DNA of 64,000 nt from Macrostomum lignano (lineage: Eukaryota): positions 81,960-145,959 of the forward strand of contig NIVC01002659.1 of assembly GCA_002269645.1 (NCBI GenBank), given 5' to 3'. Under the pieces are notes generated by a model, which was given only the letters and a program-made list of their open reading frames with translations, ran no database searches and was not told the origin of the DNA. The translations under genes were made by a program, and so were the position numbers. Position 1 is the first letter of the stretch, and each line of letters begins with the position of its first letter. This document shows, piece by piece, positions 12,761 through 25,670 of this stretch.

Positions 12761-13021
12761 GTGCGATCGGTGGACGCTGGGATCGGGATTCTTAGAGGGG
12801 GGGGGGATAAATATCCTCATAAGGCTGGCCAAGACAGCGGGGAGCCGATTTGACACAGCCGCCCCCGTATTTCAATTTCGGCAAGATCTGCATTGGCAGA
12901 AAGAAGAAGCTCGGGAATCTACTGGGAACAGGTGAGACAACGAATTTCTGGCTTGCGACACGGTCAGGTCTTGTTGCTTTAATGAAGAGCTGTAGGGGCG
13001 TGCGGCTGTCTGTGTGTCTGT

Positions 13022-13941
<920 letters not shown>

Positions 13942-14507
13942 ACTATAGTTCAACCTGATCAGTATGGCAGAAGAAATTCCAAGCATTTCTGTCTTTCAGC
14001 CGATATCGAAAAGTTGTTGTCAAAGCAGATTGATTTCTCGTGTAAGAGGAGACCGCTGACCCCTGCTGCACGGCAATAAACAGATCTTCAAGTGCCAGTT
14101 AGTGAAAATGAGCGCATATAGAAAGTTGAGGAAGCATTTCAAACCATTTGGGTTTTATTTGCAGGTTTATGCAGGTCTAAGAGCGCTGGAACAGGTAAAA
14201 GCATTCATCCAGTGTATTTAGGCAGAACTGGGAGCGGCAAGCAAGAGTAGTCCAGGCTGTATTCGGCAATGCTGTAGGCCACACACTGTACATGCGGACA
14301 GCCGAATAAGTCCATTTTCCTCGGTAGCTATTTTTCATTTTATCCATTAAAAACGTATTTTTTGGGCCTATTAGCTACGTCATTTTATACTCAGGAAAGT
14401 TATTCATTTCAATCGTTATGGCAAAAAAAATTTAAGAAAATACAAGATGGAACCTCTTCGCGGGAGCTTTGGCACCCGAAGGAGGGCGCCCTTGTATGTC
14501 GTACCTG

Positions 14508-15283
14508 TATGGCGCCCCTTGGATGGCGCCCTTAGGATGGTGCGCCTTGGATGGCGCCCTTAGGATGGCGCCCTTAGGATGGCGCCCCTTGGATGGCGCC
14601 CCTTGGATGGCGCCCTTAGGATGGCGCCCCTTGGATGGCGCCCCTTGGATAGCGCCCCTTGGATGGCGCCCTTAGGATGGCGTCTTTAGGATGGCGCCCT
14701 TAGGATGGCGCCCCTTGGATGGCGCCCTTAGGATGGCGCCTTTAGGATGGCGCTTTTAGGATGGCGCCCCTTGGATAGCGCCCCTTGGATGGCGCCCCTT
14801 TGATGGCGCCCCTTGGATGGCGCTCCTTGAATGGCGCCCCTTGGATGGCGCCCTTAGGATGGCGCCTTTAGGATGGTGCCCTTAGGATGGCGCCTCTTGG
14901 ATGGCGCTCCTTGGATAGCGCCCCTTGGATGGCGCCCTTAGGATGGCGCCTTTAGGATGGCGCTTTTAGGATGGCGCCCCTTGGATAGCGCCCCTTGGAT
15001 GGCGCCCCTTTGATGGCGCCCCTTGGATGGCGCTCCTTGAATGGCGCCCCTTGGATGGCGCCCTTAGGATGGCGCCTTTAGGATGGTGCCCTTAGGATGG
15101 CGCCTCTTGGATGGCGCTCCTTGGATGCCGCCCCTTGGATAGCGCCCCTTGGATGGCGCCCCTTGGATGGCGCTCCTTGAATGGCGCCCCTTGGATGGCG
15201 CCCCTTGGATGGCGCTCTTTGAATGGCGCCCCTTGGATGGCGCTCCTTGAATGGCGCCCCTTGGATGGCGCCCCTTGGATGGC
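14508..15283. repeat. 14-bp minisatellite TTGGATGGCGCCCC/TTAGGATGGCGCCC with internal block duplication
   Basis: Direct reading. Confidence 0.95.
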
Positions 15284-15971
15284 AAATAGAAAAAAGCGAA
15301 TAGAAATTCTTATCTACAATAATTTTTAATCTGTTTTTTATTTAGTTATAATTTTAATTCGGTTACGAATGCACAAGTGGAAGAAAGGAGAGAGCATTGC
15401 CTCCGATGAGCACGAACAGACAATTCTGTAGCAAAACAAAACTCGGAGATTCGAAGAAAGCTGCGGCCCCAGTGGAAGTGCGCTCGAGAAGGCCGGCCCT
15501 CCGTCTTGAGCTGCGCACTTCGTGCCAGTGCCGCGTGTGTCGCGAAATGAGGTCTCCGTGAGAGAAGACAGCCGGAGTCACTGCAGGTTCTTCTTGTGCC
15601 GCCCCAAATTTCTAAATGAACAATTTAAGCTCAACCTGCAGTGTTGAATCGATTGGCGGGCCGCCACCTATCGAGTGCTACGCATTTTTATTCGAGCCAC
15701 TCGTTGAAAGAAAGAACACTGAGATACTGTCGGTTTCTAATAGACATATTCGATTTGCTTTGCAGGAAATTCCTTTATTGCCCTGAATGCTTGCATGCAG
15801 ACGCGAGTGATATTTTCTGGCTTTGGCGTGATATTTTTTGTCTCAATTTTAGGGAGCGCCGATCTGCGCAACAGAACTGCTTAAAGACACCGCAACGAGG
15901 CAAGTGCGGCAGTAAGAGCGGCCACATCACGCCACAACAGATTGACTTTCCCTAGAGCGGATCCCACAGGT

Positions 15972-18900
15972 ATGCTTGCCTTCAGCACAGCCGGGCCAGT
16001 TGGTGCCTGCAGTTCCAGCAGTAGTAGCGGCTCAAATCCGGCTGCAGCGGCTGCTGCGGCGGCTGCTGCTGCGGCGGCGGCAGCTGCGGCAACCCAGAGG
16101 CAACTGTTGGCCATGGTGCAGAGGCCAGGGGCCACGGCCTCTGGAGGTGCGATTGAACAGCAGCAGCAACAGCAGGCAATCGCAGCAGCCGGGCAAATCC
16201 CAGCTCCGGCTCCAATGTCGTCGGTGGACAGCAGCTTCGACCTGATGGCCGGTCTGACAAGCCTGGACGCTGCCGCTCTGTACGCTGCTACAGGTCCGAT
16301 GCCTTCACCTGCGACTTCTGCCTCAGCCGTGCTGTCTGCGACTGGACACCAATCAGCACTGCCCGTGGGATTCTACACTGAGTGAGATCCCTTCCTGTGT
16401 GTTTATGGGGATTCTGCACTGAGTGAGATCCCTTTCTGTGTGTTTATGGGGATTCTGCACTGAGTGAGATCCCTTCCTGTGTGTTTATGGGGATTCTGCA
16501 CTGAGTGAGATCCCTACCTGTGTGTTTATGGGGATTCTACACTGAGTGAGATCCCTTCCTCTGTGTTTATGGGGATTCTACACTGAGTGAGATCCCTTCC
16601 TGTGTGTTTATGGGGATTCTGCACTGAGTGAGATCCCTTCCTGTGTTTGTGGGGATTCCACACTGAGTGAGATCCCTTCCTGTGTTTGTGGGGATTCTAC
16701 ACTGAGTGAGATCCCTTCCTGTGTGTTTATGGGGATTCCGCACTGAGTGAGATCCCTTCCTGTGTGTTTATGGGGATTCCACACTGAGTGAGATCCCTTC
16801 CTGTGTGTTTATGGGGATTCTGCACTGAGTGAGATCCCTACCTGTGTGTTTATGGGGATTCTGCACTGAGTGAGATCCCTACCTGTGTGTTTATGGGGAT
16901 TCTGCATTCTGGGGGGCTCCGCTTGAGCAGGCGACCAACCCGCGAGGCAGAGGCAGCTCTGGCAGCTGTCTACCTGCAGCGCCAACAAGCGGCTGTCGAT
17001 GACGCCATTCAGGCTGTCTCTGCCGCTGGGCCCGATGCCAGAGGGCGCGTGGCCTGGTCCGCCATCAACGCTCTGACGGGACGAAAGCGGCGCAATCCGC
17101 TGAACCTGGCTGGTGACACGCCGGACGAGCGTAGGAACGAGCTGCGCGAGTTCTTCGCCGCCATCGTCAACGCGCCGCCACCCCCGCTGCCAGACAGTCT
17201 GACGCTGCCGCCGGAGACGCCGCTGCCGGCAGAGGAGAGTTTCAGCGTAGCCCCAGTCAACGCAGCCGACGTTGTCAAGCTCGCCCAGCAGTCACCGGGC
17301 GGGAAAGCGCTGGGTCCGGACGAGGTGCCCATCGAGGCGCTGCGCATCCCCTGTGTGGCCGCTGAGGTCGCCAGAGTGATGAACCGCGTGCTCTTCGGTG
17401 AGGCGGCGCCCAACGAATGGACCACGGCGCACATCGTCGCTGTTCCAAAGAAGCCGGGCACCACTAGGCTTGAAGACCATCGAGGCATCTGCCTTCAGTC
17501 CTGTGCAGCGAAGCTGTTCAACCGGATGCTGCTTTCGCGGTTGCAGCCCGTGCTGGATCCGTACCTGCGCCCAGAGCAGAACGGGTTCCGGCCCCATCGC
17601 GGCACAGTGGCGCAGATCCTGGCTCTTCGCCGAGTCATCGAGGAGGCGCGGATTCGTCAGTCGATACTGATTTTAATCTTTATTGATTTCAAGAAGGCAT
17701 TCGACTCGGTTGTCAGAGCCGTGCTTCCAATGGTGCTCCGCGCGTACAACGTGCCTGAGCAGCTGATCTCCGCCGTCATGGCGATGTACCGTGATACGAC
17801 AGCTGCTGTGACAACACCGGACGGCCTATCGGACTCCTTTGAGACATCCTCCGGAGTGCTTCAGGGAGATACGCTGGCGCCGTTTCTGTTCGTCCTGGTG
17901 CTTGACTGGGTGCTGCGGACTGCTCTTCCTACCGACGACGACGGTTTTCTGCTGCAGCGACGCGTGGGTCGACGTCAACCGGAGAAGCGGCTCAGCGTGC
18001 TTGGCTACGCCGACGACCTCGCCCTGCTGTCCTCGACCGTCGAGGGCGCCCAACGGCAGCTGGACAGGCTGGTTGCCGTTGCGGCGAGTGTCGGCCTGGT
18101 GGTCAACACGCAGAAGACCGTTGTGCTCTGCGTGCCGGACGACATCGAGGCTGCAATATTTTGCCGAGGCGCTGACGGGCAGGCGACCGAACTCCCGCGA
18201 TGTCAGCAGTTCGTCTACCTCGGCGGTCTGGTTCCAGACGCTCGCGAGGACCTGCGACGCCGCCGCGGGCTTGCCTGGGCTGCCTTTCGTTCTGTGAGGG
18301 CAGTCCTGCAGTCCGAGGCCCTACCGGACCGCCAGAGGGCGGCGCTGTTCCAGGCGGTAATCGAGACCGTCCTGCTGTACAACGCCGAGACCTGGACGCT
18401 GACGGACTCACTCGAACAGCAAGTCGATGCGGCGCACGCTGGTCTGCTGCGCGCCGCCTTCAACATCGGCGTCGAGCGAGTCACCAACGCGGCACTCTAT
18501 CGCCGCGCTGGCCTGCCACGTCCAAGTGATCTACTGCGCCGTCGGCGACTCCAGCTCGCAGGCCATCTCATCCGCGCCGAGTCGTACTGCCCACAGCCGG
18601 TGCAGGAGGTGCTGCTGCTCACGCTGCAGGCACCCTACCGGCGAGGTCAAGCGCGAACTCGGCGTTATGTCGACTGTCTGCTGGCTGACGCCGGCGCCCC
18701 GGACACTGCCGGTGGCGCGGCCTTTGTTCGCGCCCAAGCCATGAAGCGCGCCCTGTGACGCTGACTTTTACCATCATGACAGCGTATTTTGTTGTTGTTG
18801 TTGTTGCACTGAGTGAGATCCCTTCCTGTGTTTATGGGGATTCTGCACTGAGTGAGATCCCTTCCTGTGTTTATGGGGATTCTGCACTGAGTGAGATCCC

Positions 18901-21900
18901 TTCCTGTGTGTTTATGGGGATTCTGCACTGAGTGATATCCCTTCCTGTGTTTGTGGGGATTCTGCACTGAGTGAGATCCCTACCTTTGTGTTTATGGGGA
19001 TATTGCACTGAGTGATATCCCTTCCTGTGTGTTTATGGGGATTCTACACTGAGTGATATCCCTTCCTGTGTGTTTATGGGGATTCTGCACTGAGTGAGAT
19101 CCCTTCCTGTGTGTTTATGGGGATTCTGCACTGAGTGAGATCCCTACCTTTGTGTTTATGGGGATATTGCACTGAGTGATATCCCTTCCTGTGTGTTTAT
19201 GGGGATTCTGCACTGAGTGAGATCCCTTTCTGTGTATGAGGATTCTGTTCATAGGGTGAGTGTCCATAGGGAGAGTGTCTATAGGGTGAGTGTCTATAAT
19301 AAGGTGAGTGTCTATATGGTGAGTGTCTATAGGGTGAGTGTCTATAGGATGAGTGTCAATAGGGTGAGTGTCTAAAGGGTGTGTCTATAGGATGTCTATA
19401 GGGTGAGTTTCCATAGGGAGGGTGTCTATAGGGAGACTGTCTAAAGGGAGAGTGTCTATAGGGTGAGTGTCTAAAGGGTGAGTGCCTATAGGGTGAGTGT
19501 CTATAGGGTGAGTGTCTATAGGGTGAGTGTCTAAAGGGTGAGTGTCTATAGGGTGAGTGTCTATAGGGTGAGTGTCTATAGGGTGAGTGTCTAAAGGGTG
19601 AGTGCCTATAGGGTGAGTGTCTATAGGGTGAGTGTCTAAAGGGTGAGTGTCTATAGGGTGAGTGCCTATAGGGTGAGTGTCTATAGGGTGAGTGTCTATA
19701 GGGTGAGTGTCTAAAGGGTGAGTGTCTATAGGGTGAGTGTCTATAGGGTGAGTGTCTATAGGGTGAGTGTCTAAAGGGTGAGTGTCTATAGGGTGAGTGC
19801 CTAAAGGGTGAGTGTCTATAGGGTGAGTGCCTATAGGGTGAGTGTCTATAGGGTGAGTGCCTATAGGGTGAGTGTCTATAGGGTGAGTGTCTAAAGGGAC
19901 AGTGTCTATAGGGTGAGTGTCTATAGGGTGAGTGTCTAAAGGGACAGTGTCTATAGGGTGAGTGCCTATAGGGTGAGTGTCTATAGGGTGAGTGCCTATA
20001 GGGTGAGTGTCTATAGGGTGAGTGTCTAAAGGGACAGTGTCTATAGGGTGAGTGCCCATTACTTCGGGTAAAAATTAGCTATTTACTGTTGACAGGAACT
20101 TCGACACGCAATTTGCGTTCTCAATTCTGCTTTCCGTATTTCCTCTAAACAACAGCAAAAAGTGACTTTGCTTCAACAGCTCGGGCCGTTTAAACAAAAT
20201 ATAATCACCGCCTTAAACGAACCACGTACTCCGAGGGAGAACTCAGCAAAGAAGTTTCAATAAGAGCAACCTTATCCCCTGAAACAGGCTCCCCCCACCC
20301 ATCTGCTTGCCTTCGCTGGCCAGGCAACCAAAAACCACAGGCCGCACCCTTTTTGAAAGCACTCTGGGGCTCTGGAAAAGCATGGAATCATCATTTTCGT
20401 CTAAAATATCAAAAATAAAATAGATGCAATCTTAAAAGTGTCAAATGCATTTCATTATGAAGCAAAATGGATGAAAGCTTTCTGACCGCCCTTTTGAGCC
20501 TTCCAATGCTAGCTATACCCCCCCCCACATCATGCCCCTCACTCGCCTCACTCCCTGCCTCTCACCCACCTCACTCCCCTGCTCCTCACCCACCTCACTC
20601 CCCTGCTCCTCGCCCACCTCACTCCCCTGCCCTACATCTCACTCCCCTGCCCTACATCTCACTCCCTGCCCTACATCTCACTCCCCTGCCCTACATCTCA
20701 CTCCCCTGCCCTACATCTCACTCCCCTGCCCTACATCTCACTCCCCTGCCCTACATCTCACTCCCCTGCCCTACATCTCACTCCCCTGCCCTACATCTCA
20801 CTCCCCTGCCCCTCATCCACCTCACTCCCCTGCTCCTCGCCCACTTCACTCTCCTGCCCATCACCCACCTCACTCCCCTGCTCCTCACCCTCCTCATTCT
20901 CCTGCTCCTCATCCATCTCACTCCCCTGCCCTACATCTCATTCCCCTGCCCTACATCTCACTCCCCTGCCCCGCACCCACCTCACTCCCCAGCCCCACAC
21001 CTCACTCCTTAAACATTCTAAGTGCCACCAGATCAAGCTGTCCAAAGCCGCTACACTGCATTTCAGCCGGGAGATTCGCGAAAAATGGGACGCGGAGTTT
21101 CTGCGCCAGCGTTGCCAGCTGATCGCTGCGCTCAGTCGCAGCCTCGAATACTTCACGGAGGGCATCATCTGGAGCGAGTCGACCGCCAGCTTGGGCCTCA
21201 TGGACGACGCTATGGAGGCAAAAATTCGTGCCCTGACGGACGGACTGCCGCCTCAAGGCAGCTACGGCAGCATGTGGCACACACCTGCGCCCCTGACGCA
21301 ACAGGTGCTGGTGCCGCAGCTGCTGCCGCACGCCAACTTGGTGGTGCAGCAGTCGGTGTTAATCCAACTATCAATCATCGGATATTCTTTCTACGATGGT
21401 GCCAAAGTTCGGTTCAGGTGTTCGGTAAGGCTGTTTCTGATAGTAAAACTTTTGAAAGTGCTCTTGATAAGGTGCTGATAAAATATTGTTATCTTCAGTC
21501 ATTCGCTCGTATCTACGAGTAAGCTCTTATTGGTTCATTCAGAAAAATTTCCGAAAATTGAACAATTTTCGCACAATTTTAGGCAGTTTTGACTCGCCTG
21601 ATAACAAGGTAAACGGAGTAATTAACTTTGGTTTATAGTCCAGGAAGGAAAAGGACGTTTGTTGAAAATTCTTAGTCACCCTGTCACTAGATACCGAACG
21701 CTTACTTCGCAATACTTGCGTAAAAGGGTGCATGAAAAAGTGCCACTAATTCTAATCTTTATTTTCTCATACGCAAACACAGACTTGTGACGTTGTTTTT
21801 AAATTCCAATAAAACTTCTGAGCCACTGTGGATCGGATGCGTCCATCTAGCCACATTTCAGTTGAATGAATTTTCTGTGGAACTGTTGAGAGGTGGCCCT

Positions 21901-24900
21901 TCATTATAAATCCAGTTAGCCTCGATGTGCATGAAGTGAGGTGGATGCAGGGAGTGAGGTGGGTGCAGGGAGTGAGGTGGGTGCAGGGAGTGAGGTGGGT
22001 GCAGGGAGTGAGGTGGGTGCAGGGAGTGAGGTGGGTGCAGGGAGTGAGGTGGGTGCAGGGAGTGAGGTGGGTGCAGGGAGTGAGGTGGGTGCAGGGAGTG
22101 AGGTGGGTGCAGGGAGTGAGGTGGGTGCAGGGAGTGAGGTGGGTGCAGGGAGTGAGGTGGGTGCAGGGAGTGAGGTGGGTGCAGGGAGTGAGGTGGGTGC
22201 AGGGAGTGAGGTGGGTGCAGGGAGTGAGGTGGGTGCAGGGAGTGAGGTGGGTGCAGGGAGTGAGGTGGGTGCAGGGAGTGAGGTGGGTGCAGGGAGTGAG
22301 GTGGGTGCAGGGAGTGAGGTGGGTGCAGGGAGTGAGGTGGGTGCAGGGAGTGAGGTGGGTGCAGGGAGTGAGGTGGGTGCAGGGAGTGAGGTGGGTGCAG
22401 GGAGTGAGGTGGGTGCAGGGAGTGAGGTGGGTGCAGGGAGTGAGGTGGGTGCAGGGAGTGAGGTGGGTGCAGGGAGTGAGGTGGGTGCAGGGAGTGAGGT
22501 GGGTGCAGGGAGTGAGGTGGGTACAGGGAGTGAGGTGGGTGCAAGGAGTGAGGTGGGTGCAAGGAGTGAGGTGGGTGTGCGGACTGAGGAAGATGTTAAT
22601 AAGCAAACGATGGAATCGTTAGGCTTCAGATCTCAGAAACGAGTTGTCAGGAATGCCTCTCACGGACATGCGGCTGGATTGGCGATCTTCAGAGGGCTTC
22701 GTAACACAGACAGGACTCGTCATTTTAATTCCTTCTGTCCGGATAGTCAGATATTTAGCATTGTTTTGTATATCCTGTTTTTCGAAACTTTCTCTATCTT
22801 TATCGACTAGATAAATACGAAGTAAGTACGCAAAAATTAATCGGCATATCTTTGGTTGACCGATCCGTTCTAACCCGTTCATATGTTGTTCAAATGGTTG
22901 GAACTGCAGTTGTCGCTGTTAGTAGTATGTTTTCTTTGCTAATTTAGAATCAGCTTAGAGATGCTCTAAGCTCTAAACTATTTCTTGCACCAATAGTATA
23001 AACTTGGCCCTCAACCTAACGACCTGATCATCTCCGCCCCGACCACTGAGTTTTTTTACCCAGGCAGCATTGTTGAATTGCTGGGCAATGGACTTCCGGA
23101 TGATCATTCCGCGGTCAACAGTTTTTTGCGACCATATTAAAATAATTAGATGGAGGCAATATCAAAGTTTTTTTTCTAGGATCATTCACGCGACTACGCT
23201 GGCGAGTCCCGTGACTCACGCAATTCCTAGCCCGTCCCGTGACTCATTCATTTCTTACCCAAGGACAACTGAAGTAGTAGGACGCGACACTCGCGTATCG
23301 TGTAATTTTTATTGGAGGCCTGGTCTTCACATATATGTAATTTTCGACTAGTTGCACGTAGAAAGCTAATTCTTTCGGTGTTAGGTCCAGAATTTTGTTT
23401 TTCGTTAAAATGTCAGTAATAAAATAGTAGACTACATGTATAAGCAGCGTACAGTTAAGTAGAGTGAAAACAACGCAATTTCGTGCAATTTAAAATTTAC
23501 AATTCCTGTCACAATTCCTGGTCAATTGCGAAAACGATTTTTTAGTTTGTAAACTAATAATCTCATTAAGCAAGTGTAAAATAAAACAGTTTATGTATTT
23601 TAGAAAATTTCACTGTCAAATGCCATTTGTTTATTATTACGAGTATCAAAAAAGTGAATAAATTTTTGGCTTGCGTTAGAGTGAGACAAAACGGAAAACA
23701 AAAAAACTGATGAAAAACAATAGCAAACTCGACAAAGCATCTGCGACGAAGCAGAAATATACCTGAAGGACCTGGATCTGAAGCTATAATAAGTATTTAA
23801 AAAATTGCTTTGTAAACATGGTCTCTTGTTGACATTTGTGATATAAAGAAACATTGTTTGTCAGCAAAAAAGAAAACAAGAAAAACAGTATTTCACAAAT
23901 CCAAATTAAAAAATGCATATTGTTATTGGCCATTAAAGGAACGTGGTATAATTATTTTAATTAGTAGGTGAAGTCAGCTTATCAAGTTTAGTAAGAAATG
24001 AAAACCTGAATGATTTATTACAACACACACAGTCCTGTGCTCTATTTGTAGCGGTCGAATCCTAGGCTTATGTACGTAGAACTTTATACGGCTTACGGGC
24101 CTCCAAAAAAATTTCCACGAAAGCTGAGTGTCGCGTCCTATATATAACGTAACTTCAGTTGTCCTTGTTCTTACCCCGTCCCGTGACTCACTCAATTCCT
24201 ACCCCGTCCTGTGACTCACTCAATTCCTACCCCGTCCTGTGACTCACTCAATTCCTACCCCGTCCTGTGACTCACTCAATTCCTACCCGTCCCCTGACTC
24301 ACTCAATTCCTAGCCCGTCCCGTGACTCACTCAATTCCTACCCCGTCCCGTGACTCACTCAATTCCTACCCCGTCCCGCGACTCACTCAATTCCTACCCC
24401 GTCCCGCGACTCACTCAATTCCTAGCCCGTCCCGTGACTCACTCAATTCCTAGCCCGTCCCGTGACTCACTCATTTCCTACCCCGTCCCATGACTTCGGG
24501 GGGAGTGGCTGCCTCGACTGGATTATCTGGGCGCTGGAAATACTTAATCGAAAAGAAACTAAAATTTTCTAAATCTAAATTTCTCTTTTTTATAAATAAT
24601 TAATGCAACAAACAATTCGCAGCAATGCCCTAAGGAGTGGACTTCGATGAAGGGCCGGATCGTGTTCCACCTGTTCAGGCTGGAGGGCGCCACGCCTCTG
24701 CTGGATCCGCAGACCAGCGAGGTGCTGCTGCCAAGAGGGTACAGCCTGTACTTTCGGCTATTCAAACAGCAGTGCCACGAGACCAAGGGCCACCGGCAGG
24801 GAGAGCACACTGTGTTTGAGGAGCCACAGTGGTATCCTGAAGAAATTGAAAAGGTAAACTCTGGTTCTGAGGAGCCTGCGAACCTGGGAAGTGACTCTGC

Positions 24901-25269
24901 GAGTGACTCTGCGAGTGACTCTGCGAGTGACTCTGCGAGTGACTCTGCGAGTGACTCTGCGAGTGACTCTGCGAGTGACTCTGCGAGTGACTCTGCGAGT
25001 GACTCTGCGAGTAACTCTCTGAGTGACTCTCTCTGAGTGACTCTCTCTGAGTGACTCTCTCTGAGTGACTCTATGCTTTTCGCTTCTAGGTGCTGTACAA
25101 CGTGTTCTGGCGCATCGGCCAAACCCTGTATAAGGTGAGCATCGGGGACAAGACTGTGCAGATGTGGCGCCGAGCTGGCAATCCGAGCCAGAAGCACGAC
25201 AAGAGCAGCTGCCAGGCCTGCCAGCAGGGCTTCTGCCAGGGCAAGGCAGCCCCGGCTCCCACTAACTAA
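15972..25269 (+). CDS. 3CxxC-type zinc-finger protein (RTP/ZAR1 domain family) with Ala/Gln-rich N-terminus; exons 15972-16381, 21067-21424, 24623-24853, 25090-25269; 392 aa
   Basis: Spliced C-terminus GAKVRFRCS|QCPKEWTSMKGRIVFH..YFRLFKQQCH..FEEPQWYPEEIEK|VLYNVFWRIGQTLY..HDKSSCQACQQGFC fits the zf-3CxxC layout. Introns 2 and 3 are clean phase 0. The exon 1-2 join (GA|GTGAGA..TTTCAG|C, phase 2) is less certain. Confidence 0.75.
16365..19235. repeat. 41-bp minisatellite CACTGAGTGAGATCCCTTCCTGTGTGTTTATGGGGATTCTG (~24 copies: 16365-16906 and 18807-19235), split by an RTE insertion
   Basis: Direct reading; the first unit overlaps the exon 1 end and donor. Confidence 0.97.
16907..18806 (+). mobile_element. 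5'-truncated RTE-clade non-LTR retrotransposon; RT ORF open to the stop at 18758; (TTG)n tail
   Basis: RT motifs EQNGFRPHRG, FIDFKKAFDSV, GVLQGDTLAPFLF, YADDLAL and FVYLGG; no endonuclease domain; short 3' UTR then GTTGTTGTTG. Junctions TCTGCA|...|CACTGAG restore the array unit with a 2-4 bp overlap. Confidence 0.95.
19250..20057. repeat. 15-bp minisatellite ATAGGGTGAGTGTCT, ~54 copies
   Basis: Direct reading. Confidence 0.97.
20540..21008. repeat. C-rich 20/24-bp minisatellite (CCTACATCTCACTCCCCTGC / CTCACCCACCTCACTCCCCTGCTC)
   Basis: Direct reading. Confidence 0.93.
21930..22577. repeat. 18-bp minisatellite GGGAGTGAGGTGGGTGCA, ~36 near-perfect copies
   Basis: Direct reading. Confidence 0.98.
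23203..24492. repeat. 28-bp minisatellite CCCGTCCCGTGACTCACTCAATTCCTAC (23203-23259 and 24168-24492), split by a DNA transposon
   Basis: Direct reading. Confidence 0.93.
23260..24167. mobile_element. 908-bp non-autonomous DNA transposon (P- or hAT-type)
   Basis: Perfect 16-bp TIR CAAGGACAACTGAAGT...ACTTCAGTTGTCCTTG, extending imperfectly to ~65 bp (TAGGACGCGACACTC, GGAGGCC). 8-bp TSD TTCTTACC at 23252-23259 and 24168-24175. No transposase ORF. Confidence 0.9.
24888..25072. repeat. 12-bp repeat GAGTGACTCTGC filling intron 3 of the 3CxxC gene
   Basis: Direct reading. Confidence 0.96.
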
Positions 25270-25419
25270 TTGAAAACTTTACGGCTTAGACTTTGGTACT
25301 TTTGCAGTTTTTGATGCACGATATGCTGAAATAGAGAAGACAGCTGGAGAAGAGTCATTGGACTACAATACTCATAGAAATGGAGTAGAGGCAGATGGCC
25401 CTTAATGAGGGGCGAATAG

Positions 25420-25670
25420 AAATGAGGTGGGTGTCAGGCTAGAAATTTTACCAGCCAATCAGCGCGTGCCTACTTTCTCGGGGTATAGAGATAACAGTTG
25501 ATAAAAGCGTTGAACAGGGTAGGGGGTGCTGGAATTGAGGTGGGTGTCAGGCCAGAGATTTCACCAGCCAATCAGCGCGTGCCTACTTTGAGCGACGGGG
25601 TATAGAGATAACAGTTGATAAAAGCGTTGAACAGGGGGCGCTGAGATTTCACTATCCAATCAGCGCGCGC
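25420..25670. repeat. ~115-bp tandem duplication (about 2.3 copies), each with CCAATCAGCGCG
   Basis: Direct comparison of 25423-25520, 25535-25635 and 25640-25670. Confidence 0.85.

Noticed and set aside
14508-15283. TTAGG-containing units as interstitial telomere
   Set aside because: TTAGG is embedded in a 14-bp unit; there is no (TTAGGG)n run.
21023-21066. Alternative acceptors at 21022, 21031 and 21037 for 3CxxC exon 2
   Set aside because: All are phase 0 and incompatible with the phase-2 donor at 16382; TTTCAG at 21066 fits.
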